64,000 nt of DNA from Octopus sinensis (Eukaryota). The position numbers and the translations under genes were made by a program. Shown piece by piece: positions 51,429-64,000 of the stretch (position 1 is its first letter; each line of letters begins with the position of its first letter). The DNA lies in the NCBI RefSeq assembly GCF_006345805.1, contig NC_043003.1:14446001-14510000 (forward strand). Direction: 5' to 3'. The notes beneath the pieces were generated by a model. It did not search any database, was not told the DNA's origin, and worked only from the letters and a program-made list of their open reading frames with translations.

Positions 51429-54020
51429 CCTGAGATAAAAGAAAAGCTGAAGCAAGATATCCTTGCCAAAGCACAAAGGATCTGCCGGTACGAGAAACGC
51501 CAATGCTTCTTTGAACAAAACAAAAAGTTCAACTCCAACCCCAAAAAGTTCTACCAAGAACTGGGCAAAAATAAAATAGAAGTCACTGCAGCACCAACGG
51601 CAGAAGAATTGGAAGAATTCTGGAGAGAAATATGGTCGGCGAACAAACAACCAAAAAAAAGGAGTATCAAAATAACAAACTCGGCATCTGAACAACTTTG
51701 GACCCCCATAACAACTGAAGAGGTCACCCAGGCACTGCAAAGACTAAGCAACTGGAAGGCACCTGGGCATGACAAAATCCCCAACTTCTGGTTGAAATAT
51801 CTAACAGGAATGCACAAAAAGCTGGCTGAAAACTTTAACAACATACTAGCAGAGCCAGAGACAATGCCTGAATGGCTCACGAAGGGGGAAAACCATCTTA
51901 ATTCCCAAATCAAATGAAACAGCAAAACCAGAAAACTACAGACCAATAACCTGCCTCCCTAGTATGTTCAAGGCATTTACTGCAGTGATATCGCAAAGGC
52001 TGAACAAGCACCTGGACAAAAACAAACTGTTCCCAGAAGAGCAGAAAGGATGCTGCAAAGGCTCATATGGCTGTAAAGATCAACTAATGATTAATAAAGC
52101 CATAACTGAAGACAGCCACAGAAAGAAGAAAGGCCTCAGTATGGCCTGGATTGACTACAAAAAGGCATTTGATAACATCCCCCACACATGGATCCTCGAA
52201 TCACTAGCCATTAACAAAGTAGCACCAACAATCATAAAATTCATAGAGCACTCTATGAATAAACGGCAAACAGTCCTACACCTCCAAACAAAAGAGGGAC
52301 TCATGAAAACCAAAGACATCCCCATTAGAAGAGGAATATTCCAGGGAGACACGCTCTCTCCACTCCTTTTCTGCTTGGCACTGTCACCTCTATCTGATAT
52401 ACTAAATAGAACTGGATGCGGATATAAATGTTACGGCAAAACGATCAGCCACCTTTTATATATGGATGACCTAAAACTATACGCTGCAAATGACAAACAG
52501 CTGGAAACACTATTAAAGACAGTTCATGGATTTACCAAAGAAATAGATATGAAATTTGGATTAGAAAAATGCGCCAAAGTAACCATGAAAAGAGGAAAAC
52601 TAGTTAAGAGTAACTACATCACACTAGATAAAACCAATGAAATAAAAGAATTAGACCAAAGCCAAACTTACAAATACTTAGGAATCCATGAACTAGATAA
52701 GACACAACACACACAAATGAAAGAGAAAATAAAAGAAGAATATTATAGACGAGTTAGATCAATACTAAAAACAGAGCTCAATGCTAAAAACAAGATAATA
52801 GGTATCAACACTTTAGCTGTCCCAGTTATAAGTTACAGCTACAATATCCTTAACTGGACACTAAATGAACTGACCAAAATAGATAGGAAAACAAGAAAAA
52901 TAATGACAGGATCTAGGATGCATCACCCAAAATCTGACATAGAAAGACTATATATACAACGTATAGAAGGTGGCAGAGGCCTTATACAGCTGGAAAACTA
53001 CTATAAAATAACCACCATAGGACTGCAAAAATATCTACTTCAGAAGGAAGGAAAACTGATCCAGATAGCGGCAAAACACGAGCAAAACAAAAAACTGTTC
53101 TCAGTATTTAAGGAAGCTGACAAATACAAACAAGAAATCATACCACCTAATAAACATGAAGAAGAAGAAGAAGAAGATGAAGAAACAACAAAAGCTATAA
53201 AACAAATGAAATCCAAACTAAAAATAGAACAGCAACGAACCATGATAAAATGATGGCAAGAAAAGCCCCTTCATGGTAAATACTGGACTAAACTAAACGC
53301 AAAAGAAATAGACAAAGAAAAATCCCAGCAATGGTTGAGAAGCTCAGGACTCAAAGCAGAAACAGAGGGATTTTTAATTCCAGCACAAGACCAAAGCCTC
53401 CCCACCAGAAATTACAAAAACATGTAATGAAAAGAAATATTACAAGTAACTGCAGAATATGTGGAGATGGACAAGAAACAATAAATCATATTATCTCTAG
53501 CTGCCCAGTCCTGGCTAAGAAGGAATATATTCACAGACATGACAGAGTTGGAACCTACATACATTGGAAGCTATGCCAACATTATGGAATAACAACAGAA
53601 AAAAGATGGTGTAGGCACACACCAGAAAAGATCACAGAAAACGAGAAAGCAACCATACTCTGGGATATGCCGATACACACAGATAGAGAAATTAAGGCCA
53701 ACAGACCAGATATAGTTGTCAGAGATCATGAAGAAAAAAAATGCTTTCTAATTGATGTATCAATACCAGCAGATGACAACGGGTCTCTAAAAGAAATGGG
53801 GAAACTCTCAAAATACAAAGACCTGGAAATAGAGGTAACTAGAATGTGGAATCTGAAAACAGAAACAATTCCTATCAGAGTAGATGCATTAGGCATGATA
53901 AAAAAATATTCAGACAAATAACTAACAAAAACACCAGGACTTACAAACACATATAACATACAGAAAATTGCACTACTAGGCACTGCACACATCCTACGCA
54001 GAACACTTTCCATACAATAA
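51429..54020 (+). pseudogene. disrupted RT-RLE ORF
   Basis: Frameshifts near 51890 and 53417, in-frame stops at 53251-53253 and 53919-53921; natural end LLGTAHILRRTLSIQ* at 54018-54020. Confidence 0.85.
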
Positions 54021-54114
54021 CCATCAGAGCATCACAACAAATCACAGCACATACCCAAGGCACACAGAGATGCACTCAGTAGTGAAGTGAAAGCACGCTA
54101 TAAAAATAAAACTA

Positions 54115-54116
<2 letters not shown>
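51429..54116 (+). mobile_element. 5'-truncated R4/Dong-like non-LTR retrotransposon (RT + CCHC + RLE) between (AAT)n tracts
   Basis: WKAPGHDKIP, YRPITCL, IDYKKAFD, GIFQGDTLSP, HLLYMDDLKL, YKYLG, CRICG...ETINHIISSC and RPDIVV...IDVSIP motifs; (AAT)n at 51359-51428 and 54117-54177. Confidence 0.95.
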
Positions 54117-54177
<61 letters not shown>

Positions 54178-54394
54178 CCTTTCAACTATAGACACAAGAC
54201 CTGAAATTTCAGGGAGGGGCTAGCCAATTACATTGATCCCAGTACACAACTGGTACTTATTTGATTAACTTCAAAAGGATGAAAGGATAAGTTGACCTCA
54301 GCGGAATTTGAACCCAAAATGTAAAAATAGATGAAATGTTGCAAATAATTCTGCCATGATAATAATAATACAAATAATAATAATAATAATAATG

Positions 54395-54460
<66 letters not shown>

Positions 54461-54465
54461 TAATT

Positions 54466-54760
54466 ATGAGAGATATGACAGGTTAGCTTGGGAAGTTAAG
54501 CAGTTGTGGTCGATGAAAAAGGTAGCGGTAGTACCAATAATTGTCAGAGCCCTGAGGACAGTGAGCAAAAATCTCGAGAAGTAAGTGGAACAAATAGGGG
54601 CTGCAATAAGGGTGGAGCGCTTGCAGAAAATAGCACTGCTTGGAACCACCTGAATACTCCAGAAGATGCTCCTCGAAAAATAAGAGGTGTTACCTTAGTT
54701 CACTTGTAGTGAACAGCTAACACTGTAGTGCATCTCCAGCATTAGAAGCTGTGCAAAGAC
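54466..54760 (+). pseudogene. second RLE family V 3' fragment
   Basis: RYDRLAWEVKQLWSMKKVAVVPIIV...LQKIALLGT; 3' UTR matches about 51280-51358. Confidence 0.75.
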
Positions 54761-54773
54761 AATAATAATAATA

Positions 54774-54805
<32 letters not shown>

Positions 54806-55229
54806 AAAAAGAAGTGTAATAGCACCAATGCATGTGATTCTTATTGACAAAATGACCTTCCCAAGATACAACAGCATCTGTCTCCATACAGAATTCCACA
54901 TAAAAATTTTGGAAAACGAATAAAATAAAATTAAGATTTTAATAAATTTTAGCAAAAGACATCTTGTCTCACAGAACCACAAAAATCTTTTTCGTGGAAC
55001 CGTAGCATGTCTCAGGACTAATTTTGAGAAAATGTTGTGCATTTGGCTTTATTGTTCATAGCAGACAACTGGTGCTTGTTTTATAAATTATCCTGTTAGA
55101 GGAAAAGGTGACCGTGACCTCAGGAAGGAACTTAGTTAAACACTGAACTGTGTTTTAGTCAAGCGCTTCGCTGCTCCTGCTACATTGCCACCCTCAACAA
55201 TCAATAGAGCTATAACAATAATTACTATC

Positions 55230-55290
<61 letters not shown>

Positions 55291-55303
55291 TAATAATAAT
55301 AAT

Positions 55304-55857
55304 AAATGCCCTGATGCAGTACCAGGCAGTGACTCTCATGGCTTCTGATCTTAACTAATTGGAAGTGTTATCATGTACATTGTTTTGTCTTGGTATAAAA
55401 GATGGGCCACAGCAAATATTCTGTGCAATACCACAGATTTGCTTGTCAGTTGTTTGACCATAACCAGTTGAGCATGTCCCTTAGTGGCTGACGATATGTG
55501 CATCTCTGATCACGAGCAGAAGTAGTGGGGGAGCATCATAGCCATGTGTTGAGAGGGATTCTTTGAGGTTTGGATAATTCACCTTTGGAAACATGGGTGG
55601 TTCGTCCAACATCCTTAATCCTTATTCAGGGATCTTTTGAGTGGGATGGGCTACTTGACCAGAAGAAAATTCTAACTGGGCTCCACCTGCAAGGTCATGT
55701 GCTGTTTATCTTGATATGAGATCACCATGTTGCACACATATGGTTGTGATGCATGTGCCTGGTGTACCTTTATCAGACGGGTAGTCATGATGGGTATACT
55801 GGGCTTCGTATATTTTACCCCAGTGTCACTTTGATGGCATGCACTGCTCTCTCACTC
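55304..55857 (+). mobile_element. element U, second copy, between (AAT)n tracts
   Basis: Matches 50088-50552 with extra 5' sequence; (AAT)n at 55231-55303. Confidence 0.75.
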
Positions 55858-57485
55858 AATGATAATAATGATAATGATAATATTAATAACAGCAACATCA
55901 ACAAAACCAAAAAGAGTTTAAAAATATATATCTACAAAAAAGTGACCAAATTTTGAAACATTCTTCAAGAGCAGAGAAAGAATTTGTTACTATCTCACTT
56001 AAAAACAACAAAAGCAAAGAGAACCATACACATACACACAAACATGCACACATGTACACACATACATGCATGCATACACACATACACACATACATATACA
56101 CTTTTTACTTGCTTCAGTCATTTGACTGTGGCCATGCTGGAGCACCGCCTTTAGTTGAGCAAAGTGACCCCAGGACTTATTCTTTGTAAGCCTAGTACTT
56201 ATACTATCAGTCTCTTTTGCTGAACCGCTAAGTTACAGGGACATAAACACACCAGCATCTTTCAATTTCCGTCTACCAAATCCACTCACAAGGCTTTAGT
56301 TGGCCTGGGGTTATAGCAGAAGACACTTGCCCAAAGTGCCATGCAGTGGGACTGAACCTGAAACCACATGGTTGGGAAGCAATCTATTTATCATACAGTC
56401 ACTCCTATGCATACATAAACACATCTATGCACACATATATATATACACACGCATAAACACACATGCATACACATATACAAGCATACATCTGCATACATAA
56501 ACACATACATACACACATATATAGATGCATATATACGAATGCATATACACAATACATAGATACATATACACACATACATTCATGCATACACATACATGTG
56601 CACATACATAGATACACACATACATACACATACACACAGACATACATGTGTACATACATGGATACACACATAAACATACATAGATACCCACATACATACA
56701 CATACACACAGACATACATGTGTACATACATAGATACACACATAGATACACACATACATAGATACCCACATACATATACATACATGCACGCATACACACA
56801 CATACAAACACCCATACACACAAACGCCCATACACACACATACATACAAGAATATCTAGAATTCTTTGAAACATTTCCAATAGTACTGACTCGTGTCTGT
56901 TAATAATTCCCAGTTCCAACACTGTAATAAATCAGTGACCGTTTTCTTAGATCATTTCAAAAATAGTGTTATTTAATCCGTCTAGAGAGCATTATATATA
57001 TTGATCCATCCAGACCAAAATGTGTGGAAGCAATTTACATGATGTCCTCTCTGCCTCATCCATGTAAATTATAATCGCAGACAAAAGCGGAATGCTCTTT
57101 TATGGTATTGTTGTAGCTGTTGTTGTTGAATGTTGAATGTTGAAGCAGTAGGCTATAGGAGGAAGAGGCAATATGGATTAAAACCCTCCTTTGTTAATAT
57201 ACAATTCAATTTAAGGCGGCGAGCTGGCAGAATCGTTAGCACACTGGGCGAAATGCTTAGCGGTATTTTGTCTGCCGTTAGGTTCTGAGTTCAAATTTCA
57301 CCGAGGTCGACTTTGCCTTTCATCCTTTCGGGGTCGATAAATTCAGTACCAGTTATGCACTGGAGTTGATGTAATTGACTTGATCTGTTTGTCTGTCCTT
57401 GTTTGTCCCCTCTGTGTTTAGCCCCTTGTGGGTAGTAAAGAAATAGGTATTTTATTCTTCTTTACATTCTGTGTTCAAATCTTGC

Positions 57486-57712
57486 TTAACCCTTTAGTAT
57501 TTAAACTGGCCATATCCGGCCAAAATAGTTAATCTGTTTTATGTTCAAACTGACCAGATCCAGGCTCTCACACCTACCCTACAATGTTATTCTACATTAA
57601 GTAATTACACCATCAACATCTTGAAGATATGAGATAATGCATGATCAGTTCAAATCAATGTGAATCAATAAACATTATGTTTGATAGAATAATCTGAACA
57701 CTAAAGGGTTAA
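57486..57712. mobile_element. intact piggyBac-like MITE inserted in a family C SINE
   Basis: TTAA-CCCTTTAG...CTAAAGGG-TTAA; the host SINE is restored on removal. Confidence 0.9.
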
Positions 57713-57748
57713 GTTGACTTTGTCTTTCATCCTTTCAGGGTCAATAAA

Positions 57749-57939
57749 TGTTGTGTGGACACCCCCCAGACGATGAAATAGGCTAGTCCAATACGTAGAT
57801 ATAGAGGGAGAAGCCTAGACGTCAGGAGCACAGCTGTGTAGACTAGAACAATTGAGTAGCAGTAAGAGCAGACTAGAGTAGAGAGTCGAGCAGAGTAGCA
57901 GAGTCTAGAGTAGAAGGCATATGAATGTGTGACATAACA
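57749..57939. mobile_element. 191-bp solo LTR
   Basis: TG...CA ends with imperfect TIR (TGTTGTGT versus TGTTATGT); 5-bp TSD ATAAA at 57744-57748 and 57940-57944; interrupts the SINE motif GGTC-ATAAA-TTAAGTACC. Confidence 0.7.
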
Positions 57940-58051
57940 ATAAATTAAGTACCAGTTGCGTACTGGGGTCGATCTAATCAACTGGCCCCCTTCCAAAAAA
58001 TTTCGGGCCTTGTGACTAGAATAGAAAAGAATATAGATTGAACTCTCCATT

Positions 58052-58870
58052 CATCATCGTCATCATCATCATCATCATCGTTTTACATCCGCTTTCCATG
58101 CTGGCATGGGTTGGATGGTTTGACTGAGGACTGGTGAGCCAGAGGCTCAATCTGATCTGGCAAAGTTTCTACAGCTGGATGCCCTTTCTAATGCCAGAGG
58201 CTCAATCTGATCTGGTAAAGTTTCTACAGCTGGATGTGCTTCCTAATGCCAGAGGCTCAATCTGATCTGGCAAAGTTTCTACAGCTGGATGCTCTTCCTA
58301 ATGCCAGAGGCTCAATCTGATCTGGCAAAGTTTCTACAGCTGGATGCTCTTCCTAATGCCAGAGGCTCAATCTGATCTGGCAAAGTTTCTACAGCTGGAT
58401 GCGCTTCCTAATGCCAGAGGCTCAATCTGATCTGGCAAAGTTTCTACAGCTGGATGCGCTTCCTAATGCCAGAGGCTCAATCTGATCTGGCAAAGTTTCT
58501 ACAGCTGGATGCCCTTCCTAATGCCAACCACTCTGAGAGTGTAGTGGGTGCTTTTGCATGCCACCGGCATGAGGGCTGGTCAGGCAGTACTGGCAACGAC
58601 TATGCTCAAAAGTTGTTGTTACGTGCTACCTGCACAGGAGCCAGTCCGGCAGCACTGGCAATGACCACACTCAAATGTTGTTTTCCACGTGCCACCAGCA
58701 CATATGCTGCAACGATCATGCTCAAATGGTGCTTTTCATGTGTCACCGGCATGGGAGCCAATCTGTGGCCCTGGCAGTAATCACACTCAGATATGCTTTT
58801 AACGTTCCACTGGCACGAGTGCCAATCAGGCAGTACTGCTAGCAATTTTGATTTGTTTACACAATTCAAA
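58052..58870 (-). mobile_element. RTE 3' UTR insertion containing a 7 x 55-bp tandem array
   Basis: (CAT)n tail at 58052-58080; unit GCCAGAGGCTCAATCTGATCTGGCAAAGTTTCTACAGCTGGATGCNCTTCCTAAT at 58138, 58193 and onward to 58468. Confidence 0.85.
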
Positions 58871-59771
58871 ATCCATTGTTAATATATAATTTGATTTAAG
58901 GTGGCGAGCTGGCAGAAACGTTAGCATGCTGGGCGAAATGCTTAGCGGTATTTTGTCTGCCACTGAGTTCAAATTCTGCCGAGGTCGACTTTGCCTTTCA
59001 TCCTTTCGGGGGCGATTAAATAAGTACCGGTTATGCACTGGGGTTGATATAATCGACTTAATCCGTTTGTCTGTCCTTGTTTGTTCTCTCTGTGTTTAGC
59101 CCTTTGTGAGTAGTAAAGAAAAAGGTGGTGAGCTGGCAGAATCGTTAGCACACTGGGCAGAATGCTTTGCATTATTTTATTCATCTTTAGATTATGTGTT
59201 CAAATCATGCTGAAGTCGACTTTGCCTTTCATTCTTTCAGGGTCGATAAATTAAGTACCAGTTGCATACTGGGGTCGATCTAATCGACCAGCCCCCTTCC
59301 CCCAAATTTCAGGCTTTGTGCTTAGAGTAGAAAAGAATATGGATCGAATTCTCCATTGTTAATATATAATTCAATCTAAGGCGGCGAGCTGGCAGAATCA
59401 TTAGCACGCTGGGGAAAATGCTTAGCAGTAATTTAGGATTGATAAATTAAGTACCAGTAAAATACTGAGGGTAATGTAATCAACTCATCCCCTCTCCTGA
59501 AATTCTTGGCCTTGTGCCAAAATTTGATACCGATATTATATAACCCTTCCTACAACAGGCACAAGGCCTGAAATTTTGGTGGAAGGGGCAAGTTGATTAG
59601 ATTGACCCCATTATTCAACTGGTATTTAATTTATCGACCCCAAAAGGATCAAAGGCAAAGATGACTCACTCTCTCTCTCTCTCCCCTGTCCAGTCTTTCT
59701 GAATCCATTGTGGGTTGTTGCTGTTGTTGTTGTTGTTGCTTTGGCATAAAGAGTATTTTAATTGTTTAAAG

Positions 59772-59811
<40 letters not shown>

Positions 59812-60139
59812 ACATACATGTGTGGAAATATGTGTGTGTGTGTGTGGGGGAGAGTGTATGCGTATGTCTATGTGGAGATGCATGCGTGTGCACATGTGTG
59901 TGTGTATGTGTGTGTCTATGTATGTGTATCTGCATGCATATATATGTATGTATGCATATGTGTCTGCATGTCTATGCATGCATTTATGTATGCATGCGTG
60001 TGTATGCATATGTGTGTGTGTGTGAGTGTGTGTGAGTGTGTGTGTGTGTGTTGCAAGTTTAGATTGTTATATGAACAATTTTGTAGTTATTAAATGTTAT
60101 TAAGAGCAAAAAATAATTAACTTGCTCATATTGTAAGAA

Positions 60140-60396
60140 TTTATTGATAATTGCTGCTGCTGTTGTTGTTGTCGATGATGATGATGATGATGATAATGAT
60201 GGTGAAGGTGATGATGATGATGATCATCATCATCATCATGAGGGCGATTATGATGATGATGATGGTGATGAGGGCAAAAAATGGTGATGTGATGATGATG
60301 ATGTTTACGACAATAATGGTGATGATGCTGATGATGCTGATGACGATGCTAATGATGATGATGATGACGACGACGATGACGACGATGAAGATGATG

Positions 60397-60427
<31 letters not shown>

Positions 60428-60680
60428 GGGTGATGATGATGATGATGAAGATGATGATGATGATGATGAAGATGATGATGAAAATGATGATGATGATGAG
60501 GGCGATGATAAAGATGATGATAATGATGATGATAGTGGTAGTGAAGATGATGGTGATGGTGATCATCATGATAATGATTGTGATGGGGGTGGGGATGTTG
60601 ATGACGATGATGAGGATTAGGATGATGACGACTACGACGATAACGACAACAACAACGATGTTGATGAATGCGTATTGATT
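60140..60680. repeat. cryptic (GAT)n repeat
   Basis: Direct reading of the sequence. Confidence 0.9.
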
Positions 60681-61314
60681 TTGATTTTGATAAGATCTTA
60701 TTATTGATACATATACATACATGCGTACATACGTATATATAATACGTGTGTGAGGAATGTCTATACATTATACATTACTCAGAGAAGGGCGCTACTTCTA
60801 CACAACCCTTTGAGCCATCATATGTCTATCTCTGTCTCTCTTTTTATTTACTTATATGTGTGCATGTATACATATGTAGATATATACATCCATATATGTA
60901 TACACACACACACATACATACATATATATATACACACATATCTACATATATGTATATACATACATACACACACACACATAAATATATATATATATGCATG
61001 TATGTATATATGTGTGTGTATGCATATATCTATCTCTGAATACATACACCTATATGTATCTCTATCTATCTATCTATCTATCTATGTACATACATATATA
61101 CATACATACATATATACATACATACATACATACATACATACACACTCTGCTTTTATAATACACACACATACATATATGTGCATATATGTATGTATGGATT
61201 TGTATATGTTTTATATATATATGTATTATATATTTATATGTATTTCATACATGTATTATATATATATATATATGTGTATATGTATATATACATATATATA
61301 TGTATATATATATA

Positions 61315-61368
<54 letters not shown>

Positions 61369-61660
61369 CAGAGTAATATGATTTAGCAAGCACTTCAGAA
61401 TATTGAATTTTAAAATTAACATTTTCCACAATTAGGATTTATTAAAGCTGAAATATTGAATAAATTAACCCCTTTTTTTGTTTTGTATTTATTAAGGTTT
61501 ATAGTGCCTTTCATCATTTTCTCTTCTTCAGTTTTTGTTTAACCCTAGGTCAGTCCTAACAAGCCAGGCCTTTAATCAGTGAATTATAGTTAAGATCGTC
61601 CTTTTTCTTTTCAGGGATATGTAGAATTAAATCATGAGCCTGTGTTTTTATGTTTAATAT

Positions 61661-61837
61661 TTTGTTATTCTGTAATTCTGTTATTCTGTAATTCTGTTAT
61701 TTTGTTATTCTGTTATTCTGTTATTTTCTTATTTGTTATTCTCTTATTCTGTTATATTTTATATTGTTATTTTATATTGTTATTCTGTTATATTTTGTTA
61801 TTCTGTTATTCTGTTATCTTGTTATTATATTATTCTG
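61661..61837. repeat. degenerate (TTATTCTG)n octamer repeat
   Basis: Direct reading of the sequence. Confidence 0.8.
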
Positions 61838-63113
61838 TCAAATGCACAATACATATTCATTAACATTGATTTGAATTAATTAAGCATTATGTAATAGTTT
61901 TAAGATTTTCATGATGCAATTGTTTATGTTCTGAATGACATTGTTGGATAGGTATAAGAGGCGCAATCTGGTCAGTTTGAACATAAAACAGGTAGGAAAT
62001 TTGGGTTTGAATATGTTTGGTTTAATATTTTGAGTGTGTGAAGGCAGCATGCTGGTAGAAACGTTAGCATGTGGGGTGAAATGCTTAGCGGTATTTCGTC
62101 TGTCTTTGTGTTCTGAGTTCAAGTTCTGCCAAGGTCGACTTTGCCTTTCATCCTTTGAGCTCAATAAATCAAGTACCAGTTGCGTAGTGGGGTTGATGTA
62201 ATTGACTAGTCCCCTCCCCCCAAATTTCAGGCCTTGTGCCTAAAGTAAAAAGGAATATTTAAAGGCAGCAAGCTGGCAGAAACGTTACTATGCGCGCCGA
62301 GGTCGACTTTACCTTTCATCCTTTTGAGCCCGATAAATTAAGTACCAGTTGCATACTGGGGTTGATGTAATTGACTGGCCCCCCACCTCCTCCAAAATTT
62401 CGGGCCTCGTGCTGAGAGTAGAAAAGAATACTGGATAGTGTTAAGGTGGCAAGATGGCAGAAACTTTAACACACCAGGCAAAATGCGTAGAGGTATTTTG
62501 TCTGCTGCTACATTCTGAGTTCAAATTCAGGCAAGGTTAACTTTACCTTTCATCCTTTTGGGGTCAATTAAGCAAATACTAGTTATACACTGGGGTCAAT
62601 GAAATCGACCTAATCTCTTCACCCAAATTTGAGGCCTTGTACTTCCAGTAAAAGGGATTATTATTATTATCATTATTATTATTATTATGTTACTAAGGTG
62701 GCAGGCAACCTGGCAGAATTGTAAGAACCTGAACTCAGAATGGAAAGACGGACAAAATGGTCAGTGATATTTTGTCGGTCTTTCTTCTTTTTGTTTCCTT
62801 GTTTTTCTATAAGAACTAGTTACCATTACACAGAACAGATTCTCTGGCATGTGAAATAATATTAATTTCTGATGTAGTAATTTGTGGAAATTTCTTAACA
62901 AAATTGATAACACTCATCAACAGGTGTTCAGTAATTGATGGATAATAATCGCTAATGTCAAACTATATAAAACATCGGTTTTCTTTATAAGGTAGGAACT
63001 TTCTTTATTGGGTAGAAACCCTTCATTCTTAGAATTGTGTTCCTTTGGAATGCATTCCTTAAATGTTTTTCCTTTTATTTTAATAACTGATTTTTGTGTT
63101 TATTTACTGAAAT

Positions 63114-63413
63114 GGAGGCGCAATGGCCCAGTGGTTAGGGCAGTGGACTCGCGGTCGTAAGATCGCGGTTTCAATTCCCAGACCGGGCATTGTGAGTGTT
63201 TATTGAGTGAAAACACCTAAAGCTCCACGAGGCCCTGGCAGGGGGTGGTGGCGATCCCTGCTGTACTCTTTTGCCACAACTTTCTCTCATTCTTTCTCCT
63301 GTTGGCCTGCTTGCTTAGCCAGCGGGGTAGCGTCATTTGAAGGCTAAAACAATGCGAAGCGCATTGTGACTAGCGATGTGTAGCAACATCTGATAGCCTG
63401 GTCGGTCACGGTG
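63114..63413 (+). mobile_element. SINE head/body A + tail Y
   Basis: 12-bp TSD ATTTACTGAAAT at 63102-63113 and 63414-63425; head as at 405, tail unrelated to 405-790. Confidence 0.9.
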
Positions 63414-63694
63414 ATTTACTGAAATAATTATGGGATGCATTGTTAAGAAGACTAAGAGTGGAGAGGTCTACTATGAACTTTAGAACTCATAAGTTTTCAT
63501 GTTGTAGAAGCAGTGACTGAGACTCTAACACTCCTTACCCCCAACATTGAACAGGAACCTGAGCCATCATAAGGTTAACTTTCCAACTATTTCCGGAGCT
63601 TATTTACTACTGAGTGAACTGCTGAGACCCGCTTCAGTCATTACTGACCATGGGATTGCACACAGAAAGTTACACTCCCAGGCACAAGTATGGG

Positions 63695-63960
63695 CAAGGT
63701 TGTTTATGGAAGACCAGCAGTCGCCCATGCATACCGGCCTCCCCTCTCCACACCACTGATGTTATCCAAGGGAAAGGCAACAGCAGATACAGCTTGGCAC
63801 CTGTGACGTTGCAACTCATTTCTACAGCTGAGTGAACTGGACGAACATGAAATAAAAGTGTCTTACTCAAGAACACAACACACAGCCCGGTCCGGGATTC
63901 GAACTCACAACCTTACGATCGTAAGCTTGACGCTCTAACCACTGAGCCGTGCACCTTCAC
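63695..63960 (-). mobile_element. SINE with B-type head/body + tail W
   Basis: GTGAAGGTGCACGGCTCAGTGGTTAGAGC...GAGTTCGAATCCC; body CCAGTTCACTCAGCTGTAGAAATGAGT; distinct tail. Confidence 0.75.
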
Positions 63961-64000
63961 CTGAGTGAACTAGAGCAGTGTTAAATGAATTGTTATGCTC

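Overview
AT-rich, microsatellite-saturated animal DNA. The SINE, MITE and LINE families look like Octopus (cephalopod) genomic sequence; this is an inference from repeat recognition, not from a search. No intact host protein-coding gene is supportable. Almost all long ORFs in the track are translations of (TA)n, (CA)n, (TATC)n, (ATT/ATC/GTT)n or (GAT/GGT)n repeats. The window is a dense graveyard of mobile elements. It holds at least four tRNA-headed SINE families with interchangeable modules, a 2.7-kb 5'-truncated R4/Dong-like RLE retrotransposon within a same-strand train of insertions in (AAT)n, and RTE and CR1/L2-like LINE remnants. It also holds mariner and hAT transposase relics, hAT, Tc1 and piggyBac-like MITEs with verifiable TSDs, a HINE/Helentron-like element and a 191-bp solo LTR. 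The most interesting signals are: (1) several unrelated short elements carrying type-I hammerhead ribozyme folds (20085-20119, 25101-25145, 38644-38696, 11401-11470), two of them capping rod-like hairpins; (2) a SINE and a CR1/L2-like LINE sharing a 3' stem-loop with compensatory changes; (3) multimeric SINEs inserted under a single TSD; (4) a 52-bp CpG-rich minisatellite dense in STAT/ETS-like motifs; (5) telomeric repeats inserted inside a MITE.
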